Positions 11,362 to 20,803 of a stretch of DNA of 64,000 bases are shown one piece after another. The stretch is from Candidatus Dormiibacterota bacterium. GTDB taxonomy: Bacteria; Chloroflexota; Dormibacteria; Aeolococcales; Aeolococcaceae. The position numbers and the translations under genes were made by a program. How positions within the stretch are numbered: the first letter of the stretch is position 1; every line of letters begins with the position of its first letter. The DNA lies in NCBI GenBank assembly GCA_963709585.1, contig CAVPXI010000007.1, positions 128,001 to 192,000 of the forward strand, given 5' to 3'. Under the pieces are notes generated by a model. That model did not search any database. It was not told the origin of the DNA and was given only the letters and a program-made list of their open reading frames with translations.

Positions 11362-11581
11362 GCCTCGGCCAATCGGGGCAAGTGACGCATCGGGCCACGG
11401 CTCCTGTGCTAGGGTCTGCGTCAATGGCCGCAACTGCGCGTCGATACTTTGGCCCGCCAGCCGTAAGGCTGCCGGGGGGCTTCTAACCCGACCGCGCAGT
11501 CGTTACCAGGGCTGGTTCATCAGATATGGGTCAGCCCCGGATCCCGTGTGGTGGCCCATCACCACACGGAGGTGCCATACG

Positions 11582-12670
11582 GTGACCATCGAGCCGCTGC
11601 TAGTCAGCGCGACCCGACGGCGTAACACACAGCAGGTCAACATCGGCGCGGTCGCCGTCGGCGGCGACACGGTGCCGATCATCGCCGGGCCGTGCGCGGT
11701 CGAGACCGGCTACGTCGAACATGCGGTTGCAGCGCATCGGGCCGGCGCGTCGGTGCTGCGCGGGTGCGTTCTCAAGCCGCGGACCCGACCAGGATCATTC
11801 CAGGGTCTCGGAAGCGCGGGACTGCCGCTGCTCGACGAAGCGCGACGCGTCACCGGGTTACCGGTGATTGCGGAACCACTCGCCGCCGATGACATCGAGC
11901 TGTTGCGCGGCCATGCCGATGCGCTGCTCATCGGAGCGCGCTCGATGCACAACACCCCGCTGCTGCGCGCCGCGGGGCAGAGCGGCATGCCGGTCATCAT
12001 CAAGCGCGGCATGTCCGCGACCTACGACGAGTGGCTCGCGGCAGCGGACTACGTCACCACCGAGGGCAACCACCAGGTCATCCTCTGCGAGCGCGGCATC
12101 CGCACGTTCGAGACGGCGACCCGGAACACGCTTGACGTGAGCGCGATCGCGGTGCTCCGAGACATGACCGACCTCCCGATCGCCGTCGATCCGAGCCATG
12201 CCGCCGGCAATGCGAGGTGGGTTCCCTCGCTCGCGGTCGCGGCATTGGCCGCCGGTGCTGACGCGCTGCTCATTGAGTGTCATCCGAACCCGGCGTCATC
12301 GTTGTGCGACGCCGCCCAGGCGATCACGCCGTCGGTGCTCAGCAGGATCGTGCAGACGTCGCTGGCACTCTGCGCGATGACGCGTCCGGCCGTGGCCGAC
12401 TCGGTCGCCGGATGCCGCGCGGTGATCGACACCATCGACGACGCGGTGTTCCAGATGCTCGAGTATCGCGCCGCAGTGGTCGAGGCTGTGCAGGAGCGCA
12501 AGCGGGCGGCAGTGCTGCCGGAGCGCGACATCGACCGGGAGCATCAGATCGTGGAGCGGCTGTCCCGCCGGGCGCCGCGGCTCGGCGAGCAACGTGTCGA
12601 CCGCATCGTCCACGCCATCATCGACGAGTGCCTCGATGCGGTTCCCCGCTGTCCTCAGGCCGTCGCGTGA
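11582..12670 (+). CDS. Type I-beta DAHP synthase with C-terminal chorismate mutase-like (AroQ) domain
   Basis: GGAGG RBS and GTG; IIAGPCAVE, KPRT, IGARSMHN, KRG, ERGIRTFE, DPSH, IECHP; C-terminal RAVIDTIDDAV..LEYR..VV..V..RK...RD..RE. Confidence 0.88.
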   Translation: MTIEPLLVSATRRRNTQQVNIGAVAVGGDTVPIIAGPCAVETGYVEHAVAAHRAGASVLRGCVLKPRTRPGSFQGLGSAGLPLLDEARRVTGLPVIAEPLAADDIELLRGHADALLIGARSMHNTPLLRAAGQSGMPVIIKRGMSATYDEWLAAADYVTTEGNHQVILCERGIRTFETATRNTLDVSAIAVLRDMTDLPIAVDPSHAAGNARWVPSLAVAALAAGADALLIECHPNPASSLCDAAQAITPSVLSRIVQTSLALCAMTRPAVADSVAGCRAVIDTIDDAVFQMLEYRAAVVEAVQERKRAAVLPERDIDREHQIVERLSRRAPRLGEQRVDRIVHAIIDECLDAVPRCPQAVA

Positions 12671-12704
12671 ACGCTGTGGCCTGACGTTCATCCATGATGA
12701 GGGC

Positions 12705-13088
12705 ATGACTCATCATCCCGAAGATCTGCCCTGGAACGATGCCCCGGCCGACTCGGATGCGCCGCTTGGGGACGCGGAGCCTGATCCCGCCGAGGTGAGC
12801 GGCGACGAGGACGATCCGGCGATCCGCGACGCCTCGCTCGCAGGACGGCTGCACGACGTCGACGAATATCGTCGCGAAACCCTCGACGAACGCCTCAGCG
12901 AGGAGGAGCCCGATCGGGCCACGCATGCGCAGGAGCCGGAGGCGGGTGAGCTCCAGGCACCCGAGTTGGGCGACGACGACATCGCCCTGCAGCGCGGGGA
13001 GCTCGACCAGCTCGATTCCCTGGACAGCGTCGAGGAGTTGGCTGAAGACGCGGCCGTGCACGAGACCAATGGCCGTTCAGGCGCCTGA
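12705..13088 (+). CDS. Acidic hypothetical protein (DUF5709-like)
   Basis: Asp/Glu-rich; ETLDERLSEEEPD and AEDAAVH motifs. Confidence 0.65.
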   Translation: MTHHPEDLPWNDAPADSDAPLGDAEPDPAEVSGDEDDPAIRDASLAGRLHDVDEYRRETLDERLSEEEPDRATHAQEPEAGELQAPELGDDDIALQRGELDQLDSLDSVEELAEDAAVHETNGRSGA

Positions 13089-15015
13089 CCGGGCACAGCG
13101 ACCTACTTCCCCGAGCCCGAAGGCGCCGAACGTCGTCGGCTACAACCCGATGCGCTGGCGCCGTTTCTGGGTGCTCATCTTGCTCCTGCTCTTTGTCAAC
13201 GTCATCGTCAGCACCATCATTCAGTCCGCCGCGCAGGCGCCATCCGTGGTCATTCCCTACAACGTCTTTGTCGACCAGGTGAACGCAGGCAACGTGGTCA
13301 ACATCACGGCCACGGGTGATGCGATCACCGGGACCGCCAAGACCGCGGTCAGCGCCGGGCCGGGACAGACCAGCGCCAAGGATTTCTCCACCCAGCGGCC
13401 CACCTTCGCGAGCGACAACCTCGAGGCTGCCCTGCTCGCGAACAAGGTCAGCATTCTCGCCGAGCCTCCCAATCCGCCGACACCCTTGTGGGAGACCCTG
13501 CTCTTCTCGTTCGGGCCGGCGCTGCTGTTCGTCTTCGGCTTCATCTACCTGATGCGGAGAAGTGCGGCGCTCGCGGGCGGTGGGGTCGGCGGCATCCTCG
13601 GAAGGTTCGGCCAGAGCGGCGCGCGCCTCTACAACCCCGAGCATCCCGACACGACCTTTGCCGATGTCGCCGGGATCGATGAGGTCAAGGCCGAGCTGGT
13701 CGAGATCGTCGACTTTCTCAAGAAACCTGAGAAATATCAGCGCCTGGGAGGCACCATCCCGAAGGGCGTCCTGCTCATCGGCGCGCCGGGCACCGGCAAG
13801 ACGCTGCTCGCGCGCGCGGTGGCGGGCGAGGCGGCGGTGCCGTTCTTCTCCATCTCCGCCTCGGAATTCATCGAGGCAATCGTGGGAGTCGGCGCGGCCC
13901 GGGTGCGCGACCTGTTCCAGAAGGCCCGCGCCGCAGCGCCGGCGATCGTCTTCATCGACGAGCTCGATGCAGTCGGCCGCTCGCGTTCGACGGGTGCCCG
14001 CCTGGGGAGCAACGACGAGCAGGAGCAGACCCTGAACCAGATCCTCACCGAGATGGACGGTTTCGATCCTCACGAGGGCGTCATCGTTCTGGCGGCGACC
14101 AACCGCGCCGACGTGCTCGATGTCGCACTGCTCCGTCCCGGGCGGTTCGACCGGCGGATCACCGTGCCCTTTCCCGATCGCCGCGGCCGGCTCGAGATCC
14201 TGCGCATCCACACGCGGCACATTCCACTCGGACCCGACGTCGACCTCGGCCTGATCGCCTCGCTGACAGCCGGTATGGTCGGCGCCGACCTGCGCAATCT
14301 CGCCAACGAGGCGGCGCTCGCGGCCGCGCGTCGCGACGCGCCGACCGTGGCCCAGATCGACTTCACCGACGCGCTCGAGAAGGTGGAGCTGGGATCCGAG
14401 CGCAAGCTCTCGCTCACCTCGATCGACCGCGAACGCATCGCCTATCACGAATCAGGACACGCGCTGCTCGGGCTGCTCCAGCCCGGCGCCGACCCGGTCC
14501 GCCGGGTCTCGATCATCCCGCGCGGGCAGTCGCTCGGCGCCACCGTGCAGAGCCCGGTCGACGACCGCTTCAGCTACGGCGAGGACTACCTTCGCGGCCG
14601 GATCACCGGGGCGCTCGGCGGCAGGGCGGCCGAGCAACTCGTCTACGGGGTCATCACCACGGGCGCCGAGGCAGACCTGCGCCAGGTCACCGGGATCGCG
14701 CGGCAGATGGTGCTGCGCTGGGGCATGAGCCCCAAGGTCGGTGTTCTCAGCCTCTCGGAGGACGGCGACGGCGCTGGTCAGGCACTCACGCTGTCCCGAC
14801 CGTACAGCGAAGAGACCGCGGCCCTCGTCGACGAAGAGGTGCGGCGCATCTGCGAGGAGTGTCTCCGCCAGGCCGTCTCGCTGCTCACCAGCAACCGCGA
14901 CAAGCTCGACGCGCTCGTCCATGCTCTGCTCGAGCATGACACCCTTGGCGAGGCGGAGATCCTCGCAGTGACCGGGCTCAATGCACCGGTTGCAACACCC
15001 GTCGCGGTGAGCTGA
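13069..15015 (+). CDS. ftsH: ATP-dependent zinc metalloprotease FtsH
   Basis: Two TM helices; GAPGTGKT, FIDELD, ATNRADVLDVALLRPGRFDR, HESGH zinc motif. Confidence 0.96.
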   Translation: MAVQAPDRAQRPTSPSPKAPNVVGYNPMRWRRFWVLILLLLFVNVIVSTIIQSAAQAPSVVIPYNVFVDQVNAGNVVNITATGDAITGTAKTAVSAGPGQTSAKDFSTQRPTFASDNLEAALLANKVSILAEPPNPPTPLWETLLFSFGPALLFVFGFIYLMRRSAALAGGGVGGILGRFGQSGARLYNPEHPDTTFADVAGIDEVKAELVEIVDFLKKPEKYQRLGGTIPKGVLLIGAPGTGKTLLARAVAGEAAVPFFSISASEFIEAIVGVGAARVRDLFQKARAAAPAIVFIDELDAVGRSRSTGARLGSNDEQEQTLNQILTEMDGFDPHEGVIVLAATNRADVLDVALLRPGRFDRRITVPFPDRRGRLEILRIHTRHIPLGPDVDLGLIASLTAGMVGADLRNLANEAALAAARRDAPTVAQIDFTDALEKVELGSERKLSLTSIDRERIAYHESGHALLGLLQPGADPVRRVSIIPRGQSLGATVQSPVDDRFSYGEDYLRGRITGALGGRAAEQLVYGVITTGAEADLRQVTGIARQMVLRWGMSPKVGVLSLSEDGDGAGQALTLSRPYSEETAALVDEEVRRICEECLRQAVSLLTSNRDKLDALVHALLEHDTLGEAEILAVTGLNAPVATPVAVS

Positions 15016-16054
15016 CGCCCCGAGGTTCCGCAACGAGCTCGTCCCGGAGGTCGAAGACGATCCGCCCTGTGACGGTTCCGTCGAGCACATCCTGGATCGA
15101 CTGATTCACAGTGTCGAGAGAGCGCGTCTCGCGGATCACGTGGGTGCGCCCGCGAGCGTGCAACTCGTAGACCTCATCCAGATCCTTACGGGTACCGACG
15201 ATGGACCCGACGATCGTGATGCCGTTGAGCACGGTCTCGAAGATCGGGATGCGGACGGCGTTGTCAGCGGGAAGCGCCACGAAGACGAGCGTGCCCTTAC
15301 GCCGGAGGGATCCGAACGCCTGCTCGAACGAGCGCGGTGACACCGCGAGTGCGATCGCCGCGTCCGCACCGCCAAGACGCTGGATGACCTGGGCCGGATC
15401 CTCCTCGGAAGCGTTGACCGTGTAGTCGGCTCCAAGTTGCCGGGCCATCGCCAGCTTCTCCTCGGTGAGATCGACAGCGACGACCGTGGCACCTGCGATC
15501 TTGGCGTACTGCACCGCCATGTGTCCGAGACCGCCGACGCCGAATACCGCCACCAGATCCGAAGACCGGGCGCCGGACGACTTCACGGCTTTGTACGTGG
15601 TGACGCCGGCGCAGGTCAGGGGAGCCGCGTCGAATGGGTCGATCCCGGCGGGAACGATCCCGACATACGCCGCCGACGCCTTTGCGTACTCGGCGTACGC
15701 GCCGTCGTTTCCATATCCCGTGTTCACCTGTTGAAGGCAGAGGGTCTCCCACCCCGAGACGCAGTATTCGCAGGTGCCGCAGGCGTAGCCAAGCCATGGA
15801 AGCGCAACCCGCTCACCTTCTTTGACGCGTGTGACGCCGGCCCCGACCCGCGTCACGATCCCGACTCCCTCATGACCGGGAACGAAGGGAAGGCTCGGCT
15901 TGACGGGCCAGTCGCCGTGAGCGGCATGGATGTCTGTGTGACAGAGCCCCGAGGCCTCGATGCGAACGACCACCTCACCGTGACCCGGTGTCGGGATCGG
16001 ACGTTCCTCGACGACGAGCGGTTGACGGAAATCATGAACGACTGCTGCTTTCAT
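14978..16054 (-). CDS. adhP: Zn-dependent alcohol dehydrogenase (AdhP-type)
   Basis: MKAAVVHDF; CHTDIH, GHEGVG, CGTCEYC..GWETLC, APLTCAGVTTYKA, GVGGLG. Confidence 0.93.
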   Translation of the reverse strand: MKAAVVHDFRQPLVVEERPIPTPGHGEVVVRIEASGLCHTDIHAAHGDWPVKPSLPFVPGHEGVGIVTRVGAGVTRVKEGERVALPWLGYACGTCEYCVSGWETLCLQQVNTGYGNDGAYAEYAKASAAYVGIVPAGIDPFDAAPLTCAGVTTYKAVKSSGARSSDLVAVFGVGGLGHMAVQYAKIAGATVVAVDLTEEKLAMARQLGADYTVNASEEDPAQVIQRLGGADAAIALAVSPRSFEQAFGSLRRKGTLVFVALPADNAVRIPIFETVLNGITIVGSIVGTRKDLDEVYELHARGRTHVIRETRSLDTVNQSIQDVLDGTVTGRIVFDLRDELVAEPRGVSSPRRVLQPVH

Positions 16055-16114
16055 CAGATTCTCCAGGCGATCGGATTGGTAGGTGCTGATGAACGTAGCC
16101 TCATGAGGGATGCC

Positions 16115-16161
16115 GATGCCAGGGACCTTTGGCATCAATCGCGTTCGCCGATGGTCCTGAC
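16115..16161. promoter_or_regulatory. Candidate DosR/DevR-like boxes in the adhP/GNAT divergent region
   Basis: CCAGGGACCTTTGGCATCAA (16119-16138) and reverse-strand GTCAGGACCATCGGCGAAC (16143-16161) resemble the GGGAC-N4-G DevR core; also a GATGCCA-N8-TGGCATC palindrome. Confidence 0.35.
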
Positions 16162-16199
16162 GCCTGAACCACGCGCACTCCGCAGACCAGGGACGCGGC

Positions 16200-16782
16200 G
16201 TGCGCCACGCACCTTCGCCCGCTCATCTGGTCGTCATCGAAGCGCGTCAGCTTGGGTACCCGGCGAAGTGGGAGGTCGATGCGGTGCCTGCGGACGGAGG
16301 TCCCGTGCACGTCAGGCCCATCCGGCCGAACGACGCCGAGGCGCATCGAGCATTCTTCGCGCGTCAGTCCGAGCAAAGCGTGTACTTCCGATTCTTCGGT
16401 CACAGGTCGGCGCTGCCGGATCGCGAGGTCACTCACTTCACGAGCGTCGACTACCACGACCGCATGGCGTTCGTCGCGTTCCTGAACGACGACTTGATCG
16501 GCATCGGCCGCTACGACCGTCTCACCGGGGGCGACGCGGCCGAGGTCGCGTTTGCGGTCGCCGACGAACACCAGGGACGTGGGCTGGCGACGATGCTCCT
16601 GGCGTACCTCGCTGCCTACGCGGCCACCAAAGGCATCACGCGCTTCAGCGCCGATACGCTGACCGACAACGGGCGAATGCTTGACGTGTTCCAGCACGCG
16701 GGCTTCCGGCGTGAGAGCGCAACGATCGAGTACGGCGTTGCTCACCTCACCTTCGAAATCGCGATCGCCAGCCTGTCCTTAG
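16200..16782 (+). CDS. GNAT acetyltransferase resembling the GNAT domain of Pat/acyl-CoA-synthetase fusions; 3' end uncertain
   Basis: DGGPVHVRPIRPND...SVYFRFF...VDYHDRMAFVA...AEVAFAVADEHQGRGLAT...N..MLDVF...GF; as given the frame runs on to 17126 antisense to DUF302. Confidence 0.8.
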
Positions 16783-17195
16783 GCGTTGACCACAGTGTCG
16801 GTCAATGCGTCGATACCGGCGAGTCTCGCGGCCATCGCAGCGGTCAGGCCATAGCGGGCGGCGAGAGTGCTCGGAGCCGTGAAGCTCACCTTCGTGATGC
16901 TGCCGTCCGCCCATACCAGCACCTTGAGCGGCAGATCGAGCGCGGCAAGCGGTGCCGACTGCATCACGGGCGTGCCCGCCTGCGGGGATCCGAAGATCAC
17001 GACCTTGGTATCGCGCAACGGCAGTCCCACAGTTGCGGCCTCGCCACTGTGATCGATGACAGCAAACACCTTCATGCCCTTCGATTCCACCAGAGTCACC
17101 AGGCGCGACACCGTCTCCAGAACTGACAACGGGCTCACCTTGGTGATCACGCCGGCTCGATCTGCGTGGGTGTCCGACGCCGATGTGCTTGTCAT
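16779..17195 (-). CDS. DUF302 domain protein
   Basis: GMKVFAVIDHS..A..VGL.LR.TKVVIFGSP..GTPVM....AALDLPLKVLVW. Confidence 0.9.
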   Translation of the reverse strand: MTSTSASDTHADRAGVITKVSPLSVLETVSRLVTLVESKGMKVFAVIDHSGEAATVGLPLRDTKVVIFGSPQAGTPVMQSAPLAALDLPLKVLVWADGSITKVSFTAPSTLAARYGLTAAMAARLAGIDALTDTVVNA

Positions 17196-17214
17196 CGCCT
17201 CTCCTCGTGCAGGC

Positions 17215-17586
17215 TCAGTGGTGGAGCCGGGACTTCTCGATGTCGTCGTGGTTCATGCCGAAGTAATGGGCGACCTCGTGCAACACCGTGTCGTGCACCT
17301 GGTCGACGAGCTCAGAGCGTGTTCTGGACCACCGTTCGATGTGGTGCTGCAGCAATACGATCCGCTTGGGGTACCCCGCCGGGCTGAACGTCAACTCGGT
17401 GCTGCCCTGAAAGTAGCCGAGCACACGCTCGTCGATCCCGCTTCCGCGATCGTCAGCGGTGGCGTCCGTTTGAATCGTGATCATGAGATTGTCGGCGTCC
17501 ATCTGGGCGCGCAGCGCGGGCGGGATACTTTCGAGGGCATCGGCGGCGATGCGCTCGAACTCGTCCGCGGAGACGTGATACGCCAC
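17215..17586 (-). CDS. Minimal zincin-like metallopeptidase (Zincin_1)
   Basis: FERIAADALESIP; LGYFQG; PKRIVL; TVLHEVAHYFG (HExxH). Confidence 0.88.
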   Translation of the reverse strand: MAYHVSADEFERIAADALESIPPALRAQMDADNLMITIQTDATADDRGSGIDERVLGYFQGSTELTFSPAGYPKRIVLLQHHIERWSRTRSELVDQVHDTVLHEVAHYFGMNHDDIEKSRLHH

Positions 17587-17652
17587 GCGCTGAGAATGTC
17601 ACACAGCCGCTCACCGAGTGGTACCGGCAGCGGTGGATCGGCGTCCGCCGGA

Positions 17653-18213
17653 CTATTGACCCGCGACGTCGGACCGTCCGACCGCTGCGGCAGGGTTCGC
17701 CTTGCGCGTCATCGCAGCCCCGGCGGCGACTCCGACAGCCGCCGCGACGAGGATGGCGAGCAACCCAGGCAGGAGATCCGGCTTGTTGGTCATGAGGAAG
17801 ACGATGCCCACCGCGATCGAAAGCCGCGTCACCCAGGAGATGACGAAACCCCGGCTCTGGAGGCCGGTCCCAGGCGGCGCGTCCCCGACGATGTGCCTCA
17901 CGGTCAGGCTCATGCGGATGCCGTTGACCGCACCGAGCACGGCGATGAGGACCCAGGCGAACAGCCCGACCGCCAGCCACGGGACCCATCCCCAGGACGT
18001 CACCATCATGTACAGCCCCGATGCGAGGATGGTCACGACCGACGCGGGGCCGAAGATTCGCGCCAGGCCGGTGACACCTTCCCACTGGCGCACGCCGGCG
18101 ATTGTCGTGGCTCGGCGCAGCTGGAAGAGGCCAATTCCCTCTGCAGTGAACGCGGTGGACAGCAGCAGCGATCCGACGATATGAACGAACAGCGCGAAGG
18201 CATACAGGGTCAT
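17653..18213 (-). CDS. Multi-TM membrane protein (DUF2269-like)
   Basis: MTLYAFALFVHIVG...ILASGLYM...W...IVFLMTNKP; about five hydrophobic helices; divergent from TetR. Confidence 0.75.
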   Translation of the reverse strand: MTLYAFALFVHIVGSLLLSTAFTAEGIGLFQLRRATTIAGVRQWEGVTGLARIFGPASVVTILASGLYMMVTSWGWVPWLAVGLFAWVLIAVLGAVNGIRMSLTVRHIVGDAPPGTGLQSRGFVISWVTRLSIAVGIVFLMTNKPDLLPGLLAILVAAAVGVAAGAAMTRKANPAAAVGRSDVAGQ

Positions 18214-18257
18214 CGGCACTCCTCGGCGTGGTCCTGGTCCAGACGGCGGGTCACGCT

Positions 18258-18277
18258 TTACAGCATACACAGTGTAA
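18258..18277. promoter_or_regulatory. Putative TetR operator
   Basis: Palindrome TACAC-A-GTGTA (18266-18276) within TTACA...TGTAA, between the divergent TetR and membrane genes. Confidence 0.5.
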
Positions 18278-18291
18278 GCTGAAATGCAACT

Positions 18292-18889
18292 GTGAGCCCC
18301 CGCCGCTACACACTCAAACAGCGTCGCGCCGGTATGGATGCGACTCGCGAGAGGATCCTCGCCGCCGCCCGTGCGGTCCTGGTCGGTGGCGACGCGTTCA
18401 CGCTCGAGGCGGTCGCTCGAGAGGCCGGGGTTGCTCGAATCACGATCTACGACCGTTTTGGCGGTCGCGAAGCACTCGTCGAAGCCATCTTCGATGACCT
18501 CGCGGAATCGGGAGGCTTGACCCGATTGCCCGAAGCCTTCCGTGAGCCCGATCCAATTGCCGCCGTGGAACGGTTCGTGCTGATCTTCTGTGGCTTCTAC
18601 TTCACGCATCGCCTGTTGCTGCGCCGGCTGCACGCCATGGTGGTGCTCGGGCGTAGCGCGCTGGAAGGCGGTGAACGAGAACTCTCGACGCCTCGCGGGT
18701 CTTCGCGTCCTGCTGACGCGCGCCGCCGAAGCCGGGTATCACGGGGCCGGGAGCGCAGACGTGCTCCACGCCACCCACGTGCTCACCGGATTTGCGTTCG
18801 TCGACGAGTTCGCGAGCGCTGATCAGGACCCAACCGATATCGCTCCGCAGGTCGTGGCACTGGTGAAGCGGGTCGCGCATCTCGACTAG
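18292..18889 (+). CDS. TetR-family regulator (apparent +1 frameshift near 18680)
   Basis: TRERILAAAR...FTLEAVAREAGVARITIYDRFGGREAL; C-terminus continues in the frame of ORF 18590..18889. Confidence 0.88.
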
Positions 18890-18946
18890 CCCCTGCTCGA
18901 GCGATGCAGGTGGCTCGGCGACCCGCTTGCCCTATTCTCGTCGGCC

Positions 18947-19969
18947 ATGGCCGTCCTCAACACCGAACACGCCATCGAAGTCGCCGGCCTGCACAAGTCG
19001 TTCGGCAAGGTGCACGCGCTCCGCGGTATCGACTTCGAGGTGCCTCGGGGCAGCGTGCTCGGCATGCTCGGACCCAACGGAGCCGGGAAGACCACGGCGG
19101 TACGCGTCCTGACCACCCTGCTGCGACCGGATGCGGGGCGGGTCATCGTCGAGGGATACGACGTGACACGGGATGCCGCGGCGGTGCGCCGCCGCATCGG
19201 GCTTGCCGGGCAGGCGACCGCGATCCAACTCGAGCTGACCGGCCGCGAGAACCTCGAGATCATGGGCCGCCTGAATCACATGGAACGGCGGAGTGTCCGG
19301 GGACGCGCTGCGGAGCTCCTCGAGCGCTTCGACATCGCGGACGCCGCCGACCGTCCGGCCAAGACATACTCCGGCGGCATGCAGCGGCGCCTCGACCTCG
19401 CGGCCAGCCTGATCGCTGAGCCATCGGTGCTCTTCCTCGACGAGCCGACAACCGGCCTTGACCCGTACGGGCGCCTCGGGATGTGGGCGATCCTCCGCGA
19501 GCTGGTGGGCCGCGGTACCACGCTGCTGCTCACCACCCAATATCTCGACGAGGCTGACGAGCTCGCGAACACGATCGTCGTCGTGGACCGCGGCGAGATC
19601 ATCGCGTCGGGAACGCCGAATCAGCTCAAGGACCAGGTCGGTGGCGATCTCCTCGAGTTCACCGTTCCTGACCGCGCCCGGCTCGATGACGCCGTCCATG
19701 CGGTCGTCGGGCTGTCTGACGCGGCTCCTAGCGTCGAGACCGAGGCGAAGCGGGTCAAAGTACCTGTCGGCAACCGCGGATCGACAGCGCTCGTCGAGGC
19801 AGTGCGTCGACTGGACGCCGCCGGCGTCGAGACCGAGAACCTTGCGCTGCACCGGCCGTCGCTCGATGACGTTTTCCTCGCGGTCACAGGGCACGCGGCC
19901 GAAGCATCGTCAGACGGGGTTGTCAAGGCCGGAGCACCGGACCGAACATCCGCAGAAGCGCCGTCGTGA
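18947..19969 (+). CDS. DrrA-like ABC exporter ATP-binding protein
   Basis: GPNGAGKTT, YSGGMQRRLDLA, FLDEPTTGLDP, LTTQYLDEAD, PSLDDVFL. Confidence 0.93.
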   Translation: MAVLNTEHAIEVAGLHKSFGKVHALRGIDFEVPRGSVLGMLGPNGAGKTTAVRVLTTLLRPDAGRVIVEGYDVTRDAAAVRRRIGLAGQATAIQLELTGRENLEIMGRLNHMERRSVRGRAAELLERFDIADAADRPAKTYSGGMQRRLDLAASLIAEPSVLFLDEPTTGLDPYGRLGMWAILRELVGRGTTLLLTTQYLDEADELANTIVVVDRGEIIASGTPNQLKDQVGGDLLEFTVPDRARLDDAVHAVVGLSDAAPSVETEAKRVKVPVGNRGSTALVEAVRRLDAAGVETENLALHRPSLDDVFLAVTGHAAEASSDGVVKAGAPDRTSAEAPS

Positions 19970-20794
19970 GCGTGATCGCCGCACCGCTGCACACCAGGAG
20001 TCGACCCGGGGCCGGACAGATGGCGCGCTGGGCGATCAGCGACGCGCTGGTCATGACGCGGCGCAATCTCCTGGTGTGGCTGCGCGTTCCCGCCTACATC
20101 GTCTTCACCGTGGTGCAGCCGATCATCTTCGTGCTGCTCTTCCGGTACGTGTTCGGTGGCGCAATACAGGCACCGGGGTCGGGCGGATACGTCGATTACC
20201 TGATGCCCGGCATCATCGCGCAGACTGCGGCCTTCGCAACGTTTGCCACCGCGATCGCGCTGGCGCAGGAGGCGACCAAGGGAGTCATCGATCGCTTCCG
20301 CGCGATGCCGATGGCGCGCTCCGCGGTGCTCGCCGGGAGGCTGCTCGCCAACTCCATTCGGATGCTGATCGTCATCCTGGTGATCATCGGCGTCGGCTAT
20401 GCGGTGGGCTTCCGATTTCAGAACGGCGTGGTCGGCGCCGTCGGCATGGTCGCGCTCGCCGAGGCATTCGGCATCGCCGTGTGCGCGGTCTCCGCGTTCG
20501 TCGGTCTGGCGATCAAGGACGAGGAGTCGGTGCAGGCCTTTGGTCTGATCTGGATCTTTCCGCTCACGTTCGTGAGCTCCGCGTTCGTGCCGATCGCGAC
20601 CATGCCCGGCTGGCTCCAGGTGTTTGCCAACAACCAGCCGGTGACCCTGGTGATCAACGCGATGCGTTCGATGGCGCTGGGCGGTCCGCAGTTCCCGCTC
20701 AATCCTGCTCTCTGGGAGAGCGTCCTGTGGCTTGCCAGGCACGCTCATCGTCTTCATCCCGCTTGCGGTGCGGAGCTACCGGAGGGTCGGCTAG
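19966..20794 (+). CDS. ABC-2 (DrrB-like) permease (apparent +1 frameshift near 20737)
   Basis: QPIIFVLLFRYVFGGAI, YLMPGI, DRFRAMP, SSAFVP..TMPGWLQ; removing one base gives WLAGTLIVFIPLAVRSYRRVG* ending at 20794. Confidence 0.9.
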
Positions 20795-20803
20795 ACGACA
20801 GGC

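Noticed and set aside
11362-11581. GlnR box or riboswitch between gltB and the DAHP synthase gene
   Set aside because: Only a short GGGCTG/CAGCCC stem and partial TAAC/GTTAC matches; not enough to support a call
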